From assembly GCA_002269645.1 (NCBI GenBank), contig NIVC01000037.1:1-64000 (forward strand): 64,000 nt of DNA, in the 5' to 3' direction. Position 1 is the first letter of the stretch, and every line of letters begins with the position of its first letter. The position numbers and the translations under genes were made by a program. The notes beneath the pieces were generated by a model, which saw only the letters and a program-made list of their open reading frames with translations, was not told the DNA's origin and ran no database searches. Positions 1-11,247 of this stretch are shown here, piece after piece. The DNA comes from Macrostomum lignano (Eukaryota).

Positions 1-365
1 GCTTCGTTCGGACGATACCGGTGCTCGAGAGAGGGCCGGCAGTCCATCTTTTTAGCGCTGGCGCGATTTGCAGCCATATGGCGTGATTATTTGGGTGCAC
101 TCACACTAAACTAAACTAGACAACTAACTAATGAGTCAGGAGGCACACAAAGTGCGCTCGCTGAGAGGGGTGGGGCGACTGCAAGATAAGACTAGGGGTG
201 GGGTAGAGATAAAAACAAATGTACAGTGGAATGGAAGGCTAACTAAAGTACTTTTAAGAGCTAAGCTAGGCTAGTCTAAACTATTCAACTTCTAATAAGC
301 CTTTCTAGGAAAGGCCTGCAAAAACTAGAGAATTCTCTTAAGAGTATCCCTCCACGGAAATCTTT
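1..365 (-). mobile_element. 5' end of a third tandem unit (U5 3' half, leader, start of ORF1), continuing off the left edge
   Basis: Position 1 matches 6456 and 10945. It includes the MAANRASAKK start codon region and the leader. Confidence 0.9.
297..365 (-). ncRNA. U5: U5 snRNA 3' half only (69 nt), abutting the retrotransposon 3' end
   Basis: Matches 11248-11316 apart from a few substitutions. The loop 1/5' half is replaced by the element tail (plus strand tcttt|gttgttaaaac). Confidence 0.9.
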
Positions 366-964
366 GTTGTTAAAACGAGGTGCCGTCGAAACCGGCGCGG
401 GTCAGTTCCGAAGAACTCTGCCGCAGTTATATTTTGTATTTGATCGAAAGAATTAAAAATATTTACAAGATTTCGATTTGAATATTTAATACGAATATTG
501 AAATTAAAAATATACATATATAAAACTATTTTTCAATATTTTGCAGTATTTTGCACGCATTTGGGGATAAAAAAGAGGGGAGGGAAATCCCGCACAAAGA
601 AGGGATCTAATAAAAACAGGACATCTAAAAAATACGTGCTTGATATTTGAAGGCCTATTGAGAGTAAAAGCAAGACATTTAAGTAAAAAAAAGAGATTAA
701 AAATGCAATAGCGCATATTTGAATTTAGTTGTAAAAATAGAATGAATATAGTAAAGGTGTAAAAAAGCAATTAGTAATATTTGTAGAGCAGTTGGGTAAA
801 AAACACAGTTGGGTAAATTGTAAAAAGAAACGCGAGGAGACATAGAGATTACCTAATCAGTCCTAATGACTGATCAACCGATCTCTGTCTCAGGCAGCAA
901 GTTTAGTTTTATTAGTTGCGTTTCAGAGCGTGGTCACTTCCGGTTTGGAAGGCTGGTAGCCAGC

Positions 965-3743
965 CTAACCCTGGGGTGGGAATCCCCTGTTTCTTTCCCG
1001 ACGCCTCATGGCATCCCAGAGGACATTGAGGACAGGGGTTCGGCCCGGAGCCCGAGGGGCTTCCGGCTCAATGTGGAAGCTGTGGAGCTTGGCTGCCCTC
1101 ATCTTGAGCAGCCAAGCCACCCCCAGCTGCTTGACCCTGTCTGCGAGCATCGGCATACCTGCCAGCTTGTGCAGGTATTCAATGCTGATGTAGGATGGCA
1201 CACCATAGCAGATACGGAGAGCCAGGTTTTGAATTTTCTGCAATTTGATTTGGTTAGTCGCACAGATTTGGCTCAGGATTGGCGCTCCGTAGGTGAGAGC
1301 GCTTTCTCCGTATGCCCTGTACAGCATTCTGAGGGTGGTGCTACTCAGCTTTGTCATTTTTGCAATTCTGCACAGTGACATTACAATGGCTCTGCTGGTA
1401 TCTGCCATGTTGTCCACATGTTTGTTCAGGCAGAGGCTCTGGTCAAGGAGGACACCCAGGAATTTCACCTCCTGACAGTACGGAACCTCAGTGTCCCCCA
1501 GATACAGTTTGGGTCGCAAGTCCATGCGCCTAGTGGGTTTGTAGTTGAAAGCGATTGCTTTGCTTTTACCGGCATTCAGTCTAATGCCTTGTTTACCGCA
1601 CCAGTCAAAGACTCGTCTGAGGTAGCTTTGAAGGGATGTTCGGAGCCCCGCAAAGGTGTCTGCTGAGGCCCAGACGGCCATGTCGTCTGCGAATTGACTG
1701 CGTTTGACGCTTGAGATGGTGGGAGTCGGCATTGAGCTGACGAAGAGGAGGTACAGGAGAGGGCTCAGAATGCCTCCCTGAGGGACGCCAGCCTGGATGG
1801 TGTGGGGATCGCTTAGGGCCCCCTCGATTCGAACCTGGATCTGTCTGTCTCGCAGGTAGTCAGACAGGATTCGCATGAGCATAGGTGGAAAACCATCGTG
1901 AGCATGCTATGCCTGATCTTGTCGTGCCAGGTGGAGTCAAAAGCTGCCTCTGCATCCAGGAAGACTGCAGCGGACTTTTTAGCTTTGCACTTTGCTACCA
2001 TGACATCTTGTGCCAGACGGCACAGGTTGTCATACGTGGAGTGAATTTTGCGGTAGGCGCATTGGTCATCTCCTAGGGTCTTATTATCCTCAAGGTGCTT
2101 GGTGAGTCTTTTTGCTATAAGCTTCTCAAACACTTTGCCCAGACATGAGGTCAGGCTGATTGGTCTGTAGGAGTTGGGGTGTTCGGGCGGTTTGTCCGGC
2201 TTGGGGATCATTGTCACCACAGCTTTCTTCCAGGCGCTGGGGAAAATCCCTCGACCGTAGCAGGCGTTGAAGAGGTTAGTGAGTCTCGTGATTGCCACCC
2301 CCTCTAAGCCCAGCTTGAGGACGCAGTTGGGAATCTTGTCCAGCCCGGGTGCTCCATCAGGCCTGAGGTGCTCCAGTTCCCACACTGTGTCTGCCACAGA
2401 GAATGCAGCATCAAGTGGGTGGGTCTCGATGGGTTCGATTCCCTCAGGAACGGGGTAGAATGAGGTGAGCTGTGCCACATCGGCCACCTCACGTTTGAGC
2501 TGTTCGCATGTGGAAGGGACTGGGCGCATCTTTGAGTCCAGAGTCTCGGCTAGAAGGTTAGCCTTCTCCAGATCTGTGTGCGCAGTTGTTTGACCCAGGG
2601 TGAGGCTGGGGATGGAGGTTGGCTTAAATTTGCCCATCAGCTTTTTAGTGTCATGCCAGAAATTCTTCACTTTCTTGTTCTTGCTGTTTTCAACAATACT
2701 CTCACAGACTTTGGTGAGCTTTCCATTCTGGAAGGAGTTAATTTCTCTCTTTATGCGATTTGCGAGCTGGTTTGCTTGGGTTTTGAAATTTTGATCCCGT
2801 GTGCTGAAGAAGAGGCGTCTGAGTCGTCTGCGCTCTTTGATCAGGTCGAGGATGTACTTGGGTAGGGCGTTTTTGGCACCACAGTCTGGTACTGTGGAGT
2901 CAATCACGGTGTGAATGGCCTTTGTGATGTGATCCACTTCGGCATTGATTTGGTCAGCATTTGATAATTTAATATTCTGATCTGAGCTCAAAGCTTCACT
3001 GATTTTGAGTCTGAACTCGTCCCAGTTTGTTTTTGAGAAGTTTTTGGGTCTGGGGGACCAGCCCATTTCTTCGACTGAATATTGAGCGTGAGGATTATAG
3101 GTAAGTGGTCACTGCCCAGGTCAGGACCCACCTCAAAGTCCTGCACAAATGGGAGAAAGTCCTCAGTGGCCAGGGCGAGGTCCAAGACATTCCTAGAAAT
3201 CAGCCCGTTTTTGGTGGCCAGTCTGGTGAACTGACCGGCTTGATTGAGAATGGTGGGCGAGGTGGGGCCCTCAGACAGCCAGTCGTGCAGCTGGTAGCCA
3301 GCCATGTTGTTGCTGCTGTCACCCCCGAGGAAGCGGTGTCTGGCATTGAGGTCACCCATGAGCACACTGCGCCTACGAGAGAGAAGATTTTTGAGTAGGT
3401 TCAGGTTCAGATGGTACGGTGCTGGAGACCTGTACACCAGAGCGAGATTGAAGTCAGGACCAGAGTTGTCAGACAAGCTCACGGTGCAAGAGATGGCTTC
3501 ATGGTTGACATTGTCATACTGCAAGCGCACATTTGTGAGTTTGACGCGAGGAGAGTGGGCAAGGAGAAGCCCGCGTTTGACTTGCGGGGTATCATACCGA
3601 ATGATGGAGTACCCGGGAATCTGGACAGTGTGACAACTTTTGAGAATGGTCTCAGAAAAGAGGGCAATGTCTAGCTCCTGACTGACGACCCACTGTGTCA
3701 GCTCTCTGATTTTCGGGTTGAATCCCCTGCAGTTTAAATGCAT
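965..3743 (-). CDS. Retrotransposon ORF2: APE endonuclease + reverse transcriptase, no RNase H seen (frameshifts at ~3050 and ~1898)
   Basis: Endonuclease motifs HLNCRG, SET, GDLNA, DLAL and SDHLPI. RT motifs KPDK..YRPISLTS, FLDAEAAFD, QGGILSPLLY, FADD and KFLGV. The Jockey-like C-terminus is QKIQNLALRICYGVPSY...LH. The ~1898 break is in frame in unit 2. Confidence 0.92.
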
Positions 3744-3829
3744 AATCTTCAGGGCTGTGGTTTGATTGTTTGAGTCTACAGTTAACGCACTGAAGTTTCA
3801 ATTCAAGTCTTGAGTTTAGCTGCCTGAGA

Positions 3830-6532
3830 CTAGGACTCAGTGGTCATGCCAGCCATGCCCGGCACTTCCTGGAGTGCAGCCCGCACAATGTCCTCAACCA
3901 TTTTACTGGTTGATTCCACAGTGAGGACCTCCCCAGGCGGTCGGGACAGGGCCTGCACAACCACTTGAGTCAGAGAGCGGGTGATCAGGGGCAACAGCAT
4001 GCTCACCACCGACATAAAGTCACTAAGCTGCAGCTGCACCGCCTGGCCGGCATCAGCTGACGGAGCAGTCGCATTGACATCAGACTCGGTCTCTGCCGCC
4101 GGAGCGCTCCTGGCATCATCGGTCACGATGACAAGCGGCCGGATCGCGGCGGGTACCGGCACCGTGCGCCTGCCTCGGCGGATCAGCCAGCCGCTGTCGG
4201 AGTCGTCGTCGGCGGCGGCGTCGTCGGTCTCACTTGACACTGGGGCAGCAGCGGCCGCAGCTTCCGCAGCTCGCGCCGCGGCTTTGGCCTCAGCAGCCGC
4301 TCTGGTCGCCTTGTCGTGCTCCGCCTTGGCGACGGTGCAGGCTCGACTGGTGGTTCGGTGCGAGCCGCCGCAGTTGGCGCAGACCGCTGGGCCCTCGTGC
4401 TGGCACTCCTTCCAGGAATGCTGGCCGCCGCAAATCCGGCAGCGCTGCTGCCCCCGACACTGGGCAGCGCGGTGGCCGAACTCCTGGCAGCGCTGGCATT
4501 GCAGAGCGCGGACCGGCTCGTCTGTGCGGCTGTCCTCGCAGTTGAACTTCAAGAAGTCGGTGCAGATGCCATCGCGGAGGCACTTCTCGTAGGTCATCGC
4601 CGACTTTGTGAAGATGCGCACGAACTGGGTTGCCTTCCCAGTCGCTCTGGCTCGGATTCTGTGGACGCTGACAATGTCCAGCTTGAGCGTGTCGCGCAAC
4701 AGGGTCGCGAAGTCAGCCTCCGAGAATGCGAGGGGCACCTCAGTAGCGACGAAGGTGCGTACCGGCTGCTGCTGCACTCTGTCGGGCCCTGTTCTGTTGT
4801 CCAGCGGTCGGCTCGGGCTGGACGGCGCTTTACGGGATGCTCGAGCAGCTTCTCCTCGCGCAGCGCGCCGCCCAGGAAGACGTTGTAGTCCCGCTCCGAC
4901 GCTGGAACACGAGATAGGCCGGCTGATTCGCCATCGGCGCAGTGTTGACGGCTCTAGCTTCGCCGGCAAAGTTGGTCTGCAGCCAGGCAACGAACTGCAT
5001 CAGCTTGTTGGCCGCGTCCCGGTGCACCTCAAAAACGATCGGCGGGATGGCAGCCTGGGGCCTTCTGGGCGGCGCAGGGCGCGCCGCAACCTGCGCGTAG
5101 GGCCGCGCTGCCGCAGCCGCCTGCGCGCTTGTCGCCGAAGCCGCCGCCGCACCGGCCGGCCAGGAAGCCGCCGAAGCCGCCGCCGCACCGGACGCCGCGC
5201 CGCGACCTCCTCGCCTGCCTCGCTGGTGGCCGCCACGGCCGCGCCGACCCCGATCGCCTTCGCGGTCTCGCGTCGCCGTCGCCTGCCGCTCCTGGGGCCT
5301 GTCGTCGCCCCGGCCGCCCTGGTCGTCGTCGTGGCCGCCTTGGTCGTCGTCCCGACCGCCTTGGTCGTCGCCGAATGGGCCGCCGTTTAGCGGCTGGCTG
5401 TAGGTCGGGTCATCCGGCAGAGCTCGCTTGCGCCGCAGCTCCGGCTTGGTGACACGGAATGTTAGCGAGATGCGGACGCCATTCTGAGAGTGGGCGGCGG
5501 GCACCTGGTGCTGCAGGCGTTTCTGGCAGTTTCCTGCCATCAGAATCAGCGAGCCTGGCAGCGTTGGAAAGCGGTGCGTCACGTTGCCGTCCCGACGGCG
5601 CAGCATGAACAGCCGCTCAGCGCCGAAGGACACGGTCGCGATCGTCGGCCTGTCGCCGAGCTCATCCTCATCGTCCGAGTGCCAGGGAATCCGGTCTCCC
5701 GGCTCGGTGTAGAAGTTCACCAACACGGAGTTGAACTTCGGGACATCGAACTGGGTATCATGGTAAATGAAGTCACGAATGTCTTCAATTACCTGATGCC
5801 AGTTAGATTTTCCTTCAGCTCAACCCCGCTGTAGGTGTACGACGGGCCGATCCAGTAGACGCGGCGCTGCTCACTCGGACGATGCTGAAAGGCCAGAGGC
5901 AGCAGGTCGGTGATCAGGCGCTCGTAGACTTGGTCCGCGACCTCGCTCAGGAACTTGGGCGCATAGATGATGGTGCTGTCGCTGGCGTAGATCGTCTGCT
6001 GACAGTCAGTCAAGTCAGGCTCATCAGGGAAGATGATTTGACTGATGTCAGCGTCCAGTTGCTCGGCAGGGGGCTTTGGCAGCGTCGAGGCCTGGTCTGC
6101 AGCCGATTGCTGGCGCTCCTCAGACGTCGGCGCTGCCGCTGCCGCACTGAGCTCGCTGGACTCGGCAGTTGGTGGCTCGGTGGTTGCTGCGGCCTCGTTG
6201 GATGGCAGGGCGCTTGTCTGGCCTGGCTCGTCGCAGTCGAGAGACATGCGCTGCTCTGCCTCTGCGCCTGCAGCCTCCGGCAGCTGCTCATTCTCTCGCA
6301 GGATCTCCTCTGCGTTGCGCAAGAGCTCGCCGGCCGGTGGGCTGATCGAGTGGCGGCCTTCCAGACTGCGTCGAGCTCGCATCAGGCCTGCTGGCGGCGG
6401 GCTCGCAGTCGATGGCTCAGCTGTCGGCGTCAGTCCAAGAAGCTGGCGACCGTAGGCTTCGTTCGGACGATACCGGTGCTCGAGAGAGGGCCGGCAGTCC
6501 ATCTTTTTAGCGCTGGCGCGATTTGCAGCCAT
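3830..6532 (-). CDS. Retrotransposon ORF1: acidic N-terminus + AlkB 2OG-Fe(II) dioxygenase + RGG linker + gag-like region with three CCHC knuckles (broken by frameshifts in this assembly)
   Basis: Built from ORF pieces 5789-6532, 4830-5726 and 3830-4990. Knuckles are CQRCQEFGHRAAQC, CRICGGQHSWKEC and CANCGGSHRTTSRAC. The break at ~5810 lies in an A4 run, and adding one A gives ...ELKEKSNWHQVIEDIRDFIYHDTQFDVPKFNSVLVNFY. In unit 2 the N- and C-termini are fused in one ORF (10107-11021). Confidence 0.8.
5450..5972 (-). CDS. alkB: AlkB-family (ALKBH2/ALKBH3-like) dioxygenase domain within ORF1
   Basis: Motifs YTYSG, FNSVLVNFY, WHSDDE (HxD), IATVSFGAERLF, GSLILM, QHQV (second His) and RISLTFR (RxxxxxR) occur in the canonical order. 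Confidence 0.92.
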
Positions 6533-6750
6533 ATGGCGTGATTATTTGGGTACACTCAAACTAAACCTAAACTACAACTAACTAATGAGTCAGGAGGCAC
6601 ACAAAGTGCGCTCGCTGAGAGGGGTGGGGCGACTGCAAGATAAGACTAGGGGTGGGGTAGAGATAAAAACAAATGTACAGTGGAATGGAAGGCTAACTAA
6701 AGTACTTTCAAGAGCTAAGCTAGGCTAGTCTAAACTATTCAACTTCCAAT

Positions 6751-6819
6751 AAGCCTTTCTAGGAAAGGCCTGCAAAAACTAGAGAATTCTCCTAAGAGTA
6801 TCCCTCCACGGAAATCTTT
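6751..6819 (-). ncRNA. U5: U5 snRNA 3' half only (69 nt), abutting the retrotransposon 3' end
   Basis: Same 69-nt segment and same junction (tcttt|gttgttaaaac) as at 365/366. Confidence 0.9.
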
Positions 6820-7417
6820 GTTGTTAAAACGAGGTGCCGTCGAAACCGGCGCGGGTCAGTTCCGAAGAACTCTGCCGCAGTTATATTTTGTATTTGATCG
6901 AAAGAATTAAAAATATTTACAAGATTTCGATTTGAATATTTAATACGAATATTGAAATAAAATGTACATATATAAAACTATTTTTCAATATTTTGCAGTA
7001 TTTTGCACGCATTTGGGGATAAAAAAGAGGGGAGGGAAATCCCGCACAAAGAAGGGATCTAATAAAAACAGGACATCTAAAAAATACGTGCTAGATATTT
7101 GAAGGCCTATTGAGAATAAAAGCAAGACAAATTAAGTAAAAAAAAGAGATTAAAAATGCAATAGCGCATATTTGAATTTAGTTGTAAAAATAGAATGAAT
7201 ATAGTAAAGGTGTAAAAAAGCAATTAGTAATATTTGTAGAGCAGTTGGGTAAAAAACACAGTTGGGAAAATTGTAAAAAGAAACGCGAGGAGACATAGAG
7301 ATTACCTAATCAGTCCTAATGACTGATCAACCGATCTCTGTCTCAGGCAGCAAGTTTAGTTTTATTAGTTGCGTTTCAGAGCGTGGTCACTTCCGGTTTG
7401 GAAGGCTGGTAGCCAGC

Positions 7418-10020
7418 CTAACCCTGGGGTGGGAATCCCCTGTTTCTTTCCCGACGCCTCATGGCATCCCAGAGGACATTGAGGACAGGGGTTCGGCCCG
7501 GAGCCCGAGGGGCTTCCGGCTCAATGTGGAAGCTGTGGAGCTTGGCTGCCCTCATCTTGAGCAGCCAAGCCACCCCCAGCTGCTTGACCCTGTCTGCGAG
7601 CATCGGCATACCTGCCAGCTTGTGCAGGTATTCAATGCTGATGTAGGATGGCACACCATAGCAGATACGGAGAGCCAGGTTTTGAATTTTCTGCAATTTG
7701 ATTTGGTTAGTCGCACAGATTTGGCTCAGGATTGGCGCTCCGTAGGTGAGAGCGCTTTCTCCGTATGCCCTGTACAGCATTCTGAGGGTGGTGCTACTCA
7801 GCTTTGTCATTTTTGCAATTCTGCACAGTGACATTACAATGGCTCTGCTGGTATCTGCCATGTTGTCCACATGTTTGTTCAGGCAGAGGCTCTGGTCAAG
7901 GAGGACACCCAGGAATTTCACCTCCTGACAGTACGGAACCTCAGTGTCCCCCAGATACAGTTTGGGTCGCAAGTCCATGCGCCTAGTGGGTTTGTAGTTG
8001 AAAGCGATTGCTTTGCTTTTACCGGCATTCAGTCTAATGCCTTGTTTACCGCACCAGTCAAAGACTCGTCTGAGGTAGCTTTGAAGGGATGTTCGGAGCC
8101 CCGCAAAGGTGTCTGCTGAGGCCCAGACGGCCATGTCGTCTGCGAATTGACTGCGTTTGACGCTTGAGATGGTGGGAGTCGGCATTGAGCTGACGAAGAG
8201 GAGGTACAGGAGAGGGCTCAGAATGCCTCCCTGAGGGACGCCAGCCTGGATGGTGTGGGGATCGCTTAGGGCCCCCTCGATTCGAACCTGGATCTGTCTG
8301 TCTCGCAGGTAGTCAGACAGGATTCGCATGAGCATAGGTGGAAAACCATCGGTGAGCATGCTATGCCTGATCTTGTCGTGCCAGGTGGAGTCAAAAGCTG
8401 CCTCTGCATCCAGGAAGACTGCAGCGGACTTTTTAGCTTTGCACTTTGCTACCATGACATCTTGTGCCAGACGGCACAGGTTGTCATACGTGGAGTGAAT
8501 TTTGCGGTAGGCGCATTGGTCATCTCCTAGGGTCTTATTATCCTCAAGGTGCTTGGTGAGTCTTTTTGCTATAAGCTTCTCAAACACTTTGCCCAGACAT
8601 GAGGTCAGGCTGATTGGTCTGTAGGAGTTGGGGTGTTCGGGCGGTTTGTCCGGCTTGGGGATCATTGTCACCACAGCTTTCTTCCAGGCGCTGGGGAAAA
8701 TCCCTCGACCGTAGCAGGCGTTGAAGAGGTTAGTGAGTCTCGTGATTGCCACCCCTCTAAGCCCAGCTTGAGGACGCAGTTGGGAATCTTGTCCAGCCCG
8801 GGTGCTCCATCAGGCCTGAGGTGCTCCAGTTCCCACACTGTGTCTGCCACAGAGAATGCAGCATCAAGTGGGTGGGTCTCGATGGGTTCGATTCCCTCAG
8901 GAACGGGGTAGAATGAGGTGAGCTGTGCCACCTCGGCCACCTCACGTTTGAGCTGTTCGCATGTGGAAGGGACTGGGCGCATCTTTGAGTCCAGAGTCTC
9001 GGCTAGAAGGTTAGCCTTCTCCAGATCTGTGTGCGCAGTTGTTTGACCCAGGGTGAGGCTGGGGATGGAGGTTGGCTTAAATTTGCCCATCAGCTTTTTA
9101 GTGTCTAGTAGCTCTTTGATCAGGTCGAGGATGTACTTGGGTAGGGCGTTTTTGGCACCACAGTCTGGTACTGTGGAGTCAATCACGGTGTGAATGGCCT
9201 TTGTGATGTGATCCACTTCGGCATTGATTTGGTCAGCATTTGATAATTTAATATTCTGATCTGAGCTCAAAGCTTCACTGATTTTGAGTCTGAACTCGTC
9301 CCAGTTTGTTTTGAGAAGTTTTTGGGTCTGGGGGACCAGCCCATTTCTTCGACTGAATATTGAGCGTGAGGATTATAGGTAAGTGGTCACTGCCCAGGTC
9401 AGGACCCACCTCAAAGTCCTGCACAAATGGGAGAAAGTCCTCAGTGGCCAGGGCGAGGTCCAAGACATTCCTAGAAATCAGCCCGTTTTTGGTGGCCAGT
9501 CTGGTGAACTGACCGGCTTGATTGAGAATGGTGGGCGAGGTGGGGCCCTCAGACAGCCAGTCGTGCAGCTGGTAGCCAGCCATGTTGTTGCTGCTGTCAC
9601 CCCGAGGAAGCGGTGTCTGGCATTGAGGTCACCCATGAGCACACTGCGCCTACGAGAGAGAAGATTTTTGAGTAGGTTCAGGTTCAGATGGTACGGTGCT
9701 GGAGACCTGTACACCAGAGCGAGATTGAAGTCAGGACCAGAGTTGTCAGACAAGCTCACGGTGCAAGAGATGGCTTCATGGTTGACATTGTCATACTGCA
9801 AGCGCACATTTGTGAGTTTGACGCGAGGAGAGTGGGCAAGGAGAAGCCCGCGTTTGACTTGCGGGGTATCATACCGAATGATGGAGTACCCGGGAATCTG
9901 GACAGTGTGACAACTTTTGAGAATGGTCTCAGAAAAGAGGGCAATGTCTAGCTCCTGACTGACGACCCACTGTGTCAGCTCTCTGATTTTCGGGTTGAAT
10001 CCCCTGCAGTTTAAATGCAT
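7418..10020 (-). pseudogene. ORF2 of the deleted unit (APE + RT), with frameshifts and an in-frame deletion of about 58 codons
   Basis: ORF pieces 9478-10020, 9275-9583, 8668-9270 and 7418-8752 match unit 1. LIKE-LL-DTKK replaces LIKE(60 aa)DTKK. Confidence 0.85.
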
Positions 10021-10106
10021 AATCTTCAGGGCTGTGGTTTGATTGTTTGAGTCTACAGTTAACGCACTGAAGTTTCAATTCAAGTCTTGAGTTTAGCTGC
10101 CTGAGA

Positions 10107-11021
10107 CTAGGACTCAGTGGTCATGCCAGCCATGCCCGGCACTTCCTGGAGTGCAGCCCGCACAATGTCCTCAACCATTTTACTGGTTGATTCCACAGTG
10201 AGGACCTCCCCAGGCGGTCGGGACAGGGCCTGCACAACCACTTGAGTCAGAGAGCGGGTGATCAGGGGCAACAGCATGCTCACCACCGACATAAAGTCAC
10301 TAAGCTGCAGCTGCACGATGTAGGTGTACGACGGGCCGATCCAGTAGACACGGCGCTGCTCACTCGGACGATGCTGAAAGGCCAGAGGCAGCAGGTCGGT
10401 GATCAGGCGCTCGTAGACTTGGTCCGCGACCTCGCTCAGGAACTTGGGCGCATAGATGATGGTGCTGTCGCTAGCGTAGATCGTCTGCTGACAGTCAGTC
10501 AAGTCAGGCTCATCAGGGAAGATGATTTGACTGATGTCAGCGTCCAGTTGCTCGGCAGGGGGCTTTGGCAGCGTCGAGGCCTGGTCTGCAGCCGATTGCT
10601 GGCGCTCCTCAGACGTCGGCGCTGCCGCTGCCGCACTGAGCTCGCTGGACTCGGCAGTTGGTGGCTCGGTGGTTGCTGCGGCCTCGTTGGATGGCAGGGC
10701 GCTTGTCTGGCCTGGCTCGTCGCAGTCGAGAGACATGCGCTGCTCTGCCTCTGCGCCTGCAGCCTCCGGCAGCTGCTCATTCTCTCGCAGGATCTCCTCT
10801 GCGTTGCGCAAGAGCTCGCCGGCCGGTGGGCTGATCGAGTGGCGGCCTTCCAGACTGCGTCGAGCTCGCATCAGGCCTGCTGGCGGCGGGCTCGCAGTCG
10901 ATGGCTCAGCTGTCGGCGTCAGTCCAAGAAGCTGGCGACCGTAGGCTTCGTTCGGACGATACCGGTGCTCGAGAGAGGGCCGGCAGTCCATCTTTTTAGC
11001 GCTGGCGCGATTTGCAGCCAT
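10107..11021 (-). CDS. Deleted ORF1 of unit 2 (304 aa, in-frame fusion lacking the AlkB core and zinc knuckles)
   Basis: ...GPSYTY|I|VQLQLSDF... joins unit-1 position ~5830 to ~4038. Confidence 0.8.
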   Translation of the reverse strand: MAANRASAKKMDCRPSLEHRYRPNEAYGRQLLGLTPTAEPSTASPPPAGLMRARRSLEGRHSISPPAGELLRNAEEILRENEQLPEAAGAEAEQRMSLDCDEPGQTSALPSNEAAATTEPPTAESSELSAAAAAPTSEERQQSAADQASTLPKPPAEQLDADISQIIFPDEPDLTDCQQTIYASDSTIIYAPKFLSEVADQVYERLITDLLPLAFQHRPSEQRRVYWIGPSYTYIVQLQLSDFMSVVSMLLPLITRSLTQVVVQALSRPPGEVLTVESTSKMVEDIVRAALQEVPGMAGMTTES

Positions 11022-11247
11022 ATGGCGTGATTATTTGGGTACACTCAAACTAAACCTAAACTACAACTAACTAATGAGTCAGGAGGCACACAATTACACA
11101 AAGTGCGCTCGCTGAGAGGGGTGGGGCGACTGCAAGATAAGACTAGGGGTGGGGTAGAGATAAAAACAAATGTACAGTGGAATGGAAGGCTAACTAAAGT
11201 ACTTTCAAGAGCTAAGCTAGGCTAGTCTAAACTATTCAACTTCCAAT

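Larger units (their letters stand above)
366..6819 (-). mobile_element. Full-length non-LTR retrotransposon unit (Jockey/I-group-like, AlkB-bearing, U5-associated), 6454 bp
   Basis: On the minus strand: U5 3' half and leader, ORF1 (AlkB + CCHC knuckles), ORF2 (APE + RT), a T-rich 3' UTR and a short AAC tail. The unit repeats head-to-tail. Confidence 0.92.

Noticed and set aside
1880-5830. Calling unit 1 of the LINE, and the Polinton PolB, dead pseudogenes because of frameshifts
   Set aside because: The breaks are mostly 1-nt losses in short homopolymers, several differ between the two copies, and no in-frame nonsense codons appear in the corrected frames. Sequencing error is the simpler reading until the assembly is polished.
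866-11030. Plus-strand ORFs overlapping the retrotransposon (e.g. 866-1378, 3981-4592, 4608-5390, 5882-6541)
   Set aside because: These are antisense shadows of GC-rich coding sequence and carry no recognisable domains.
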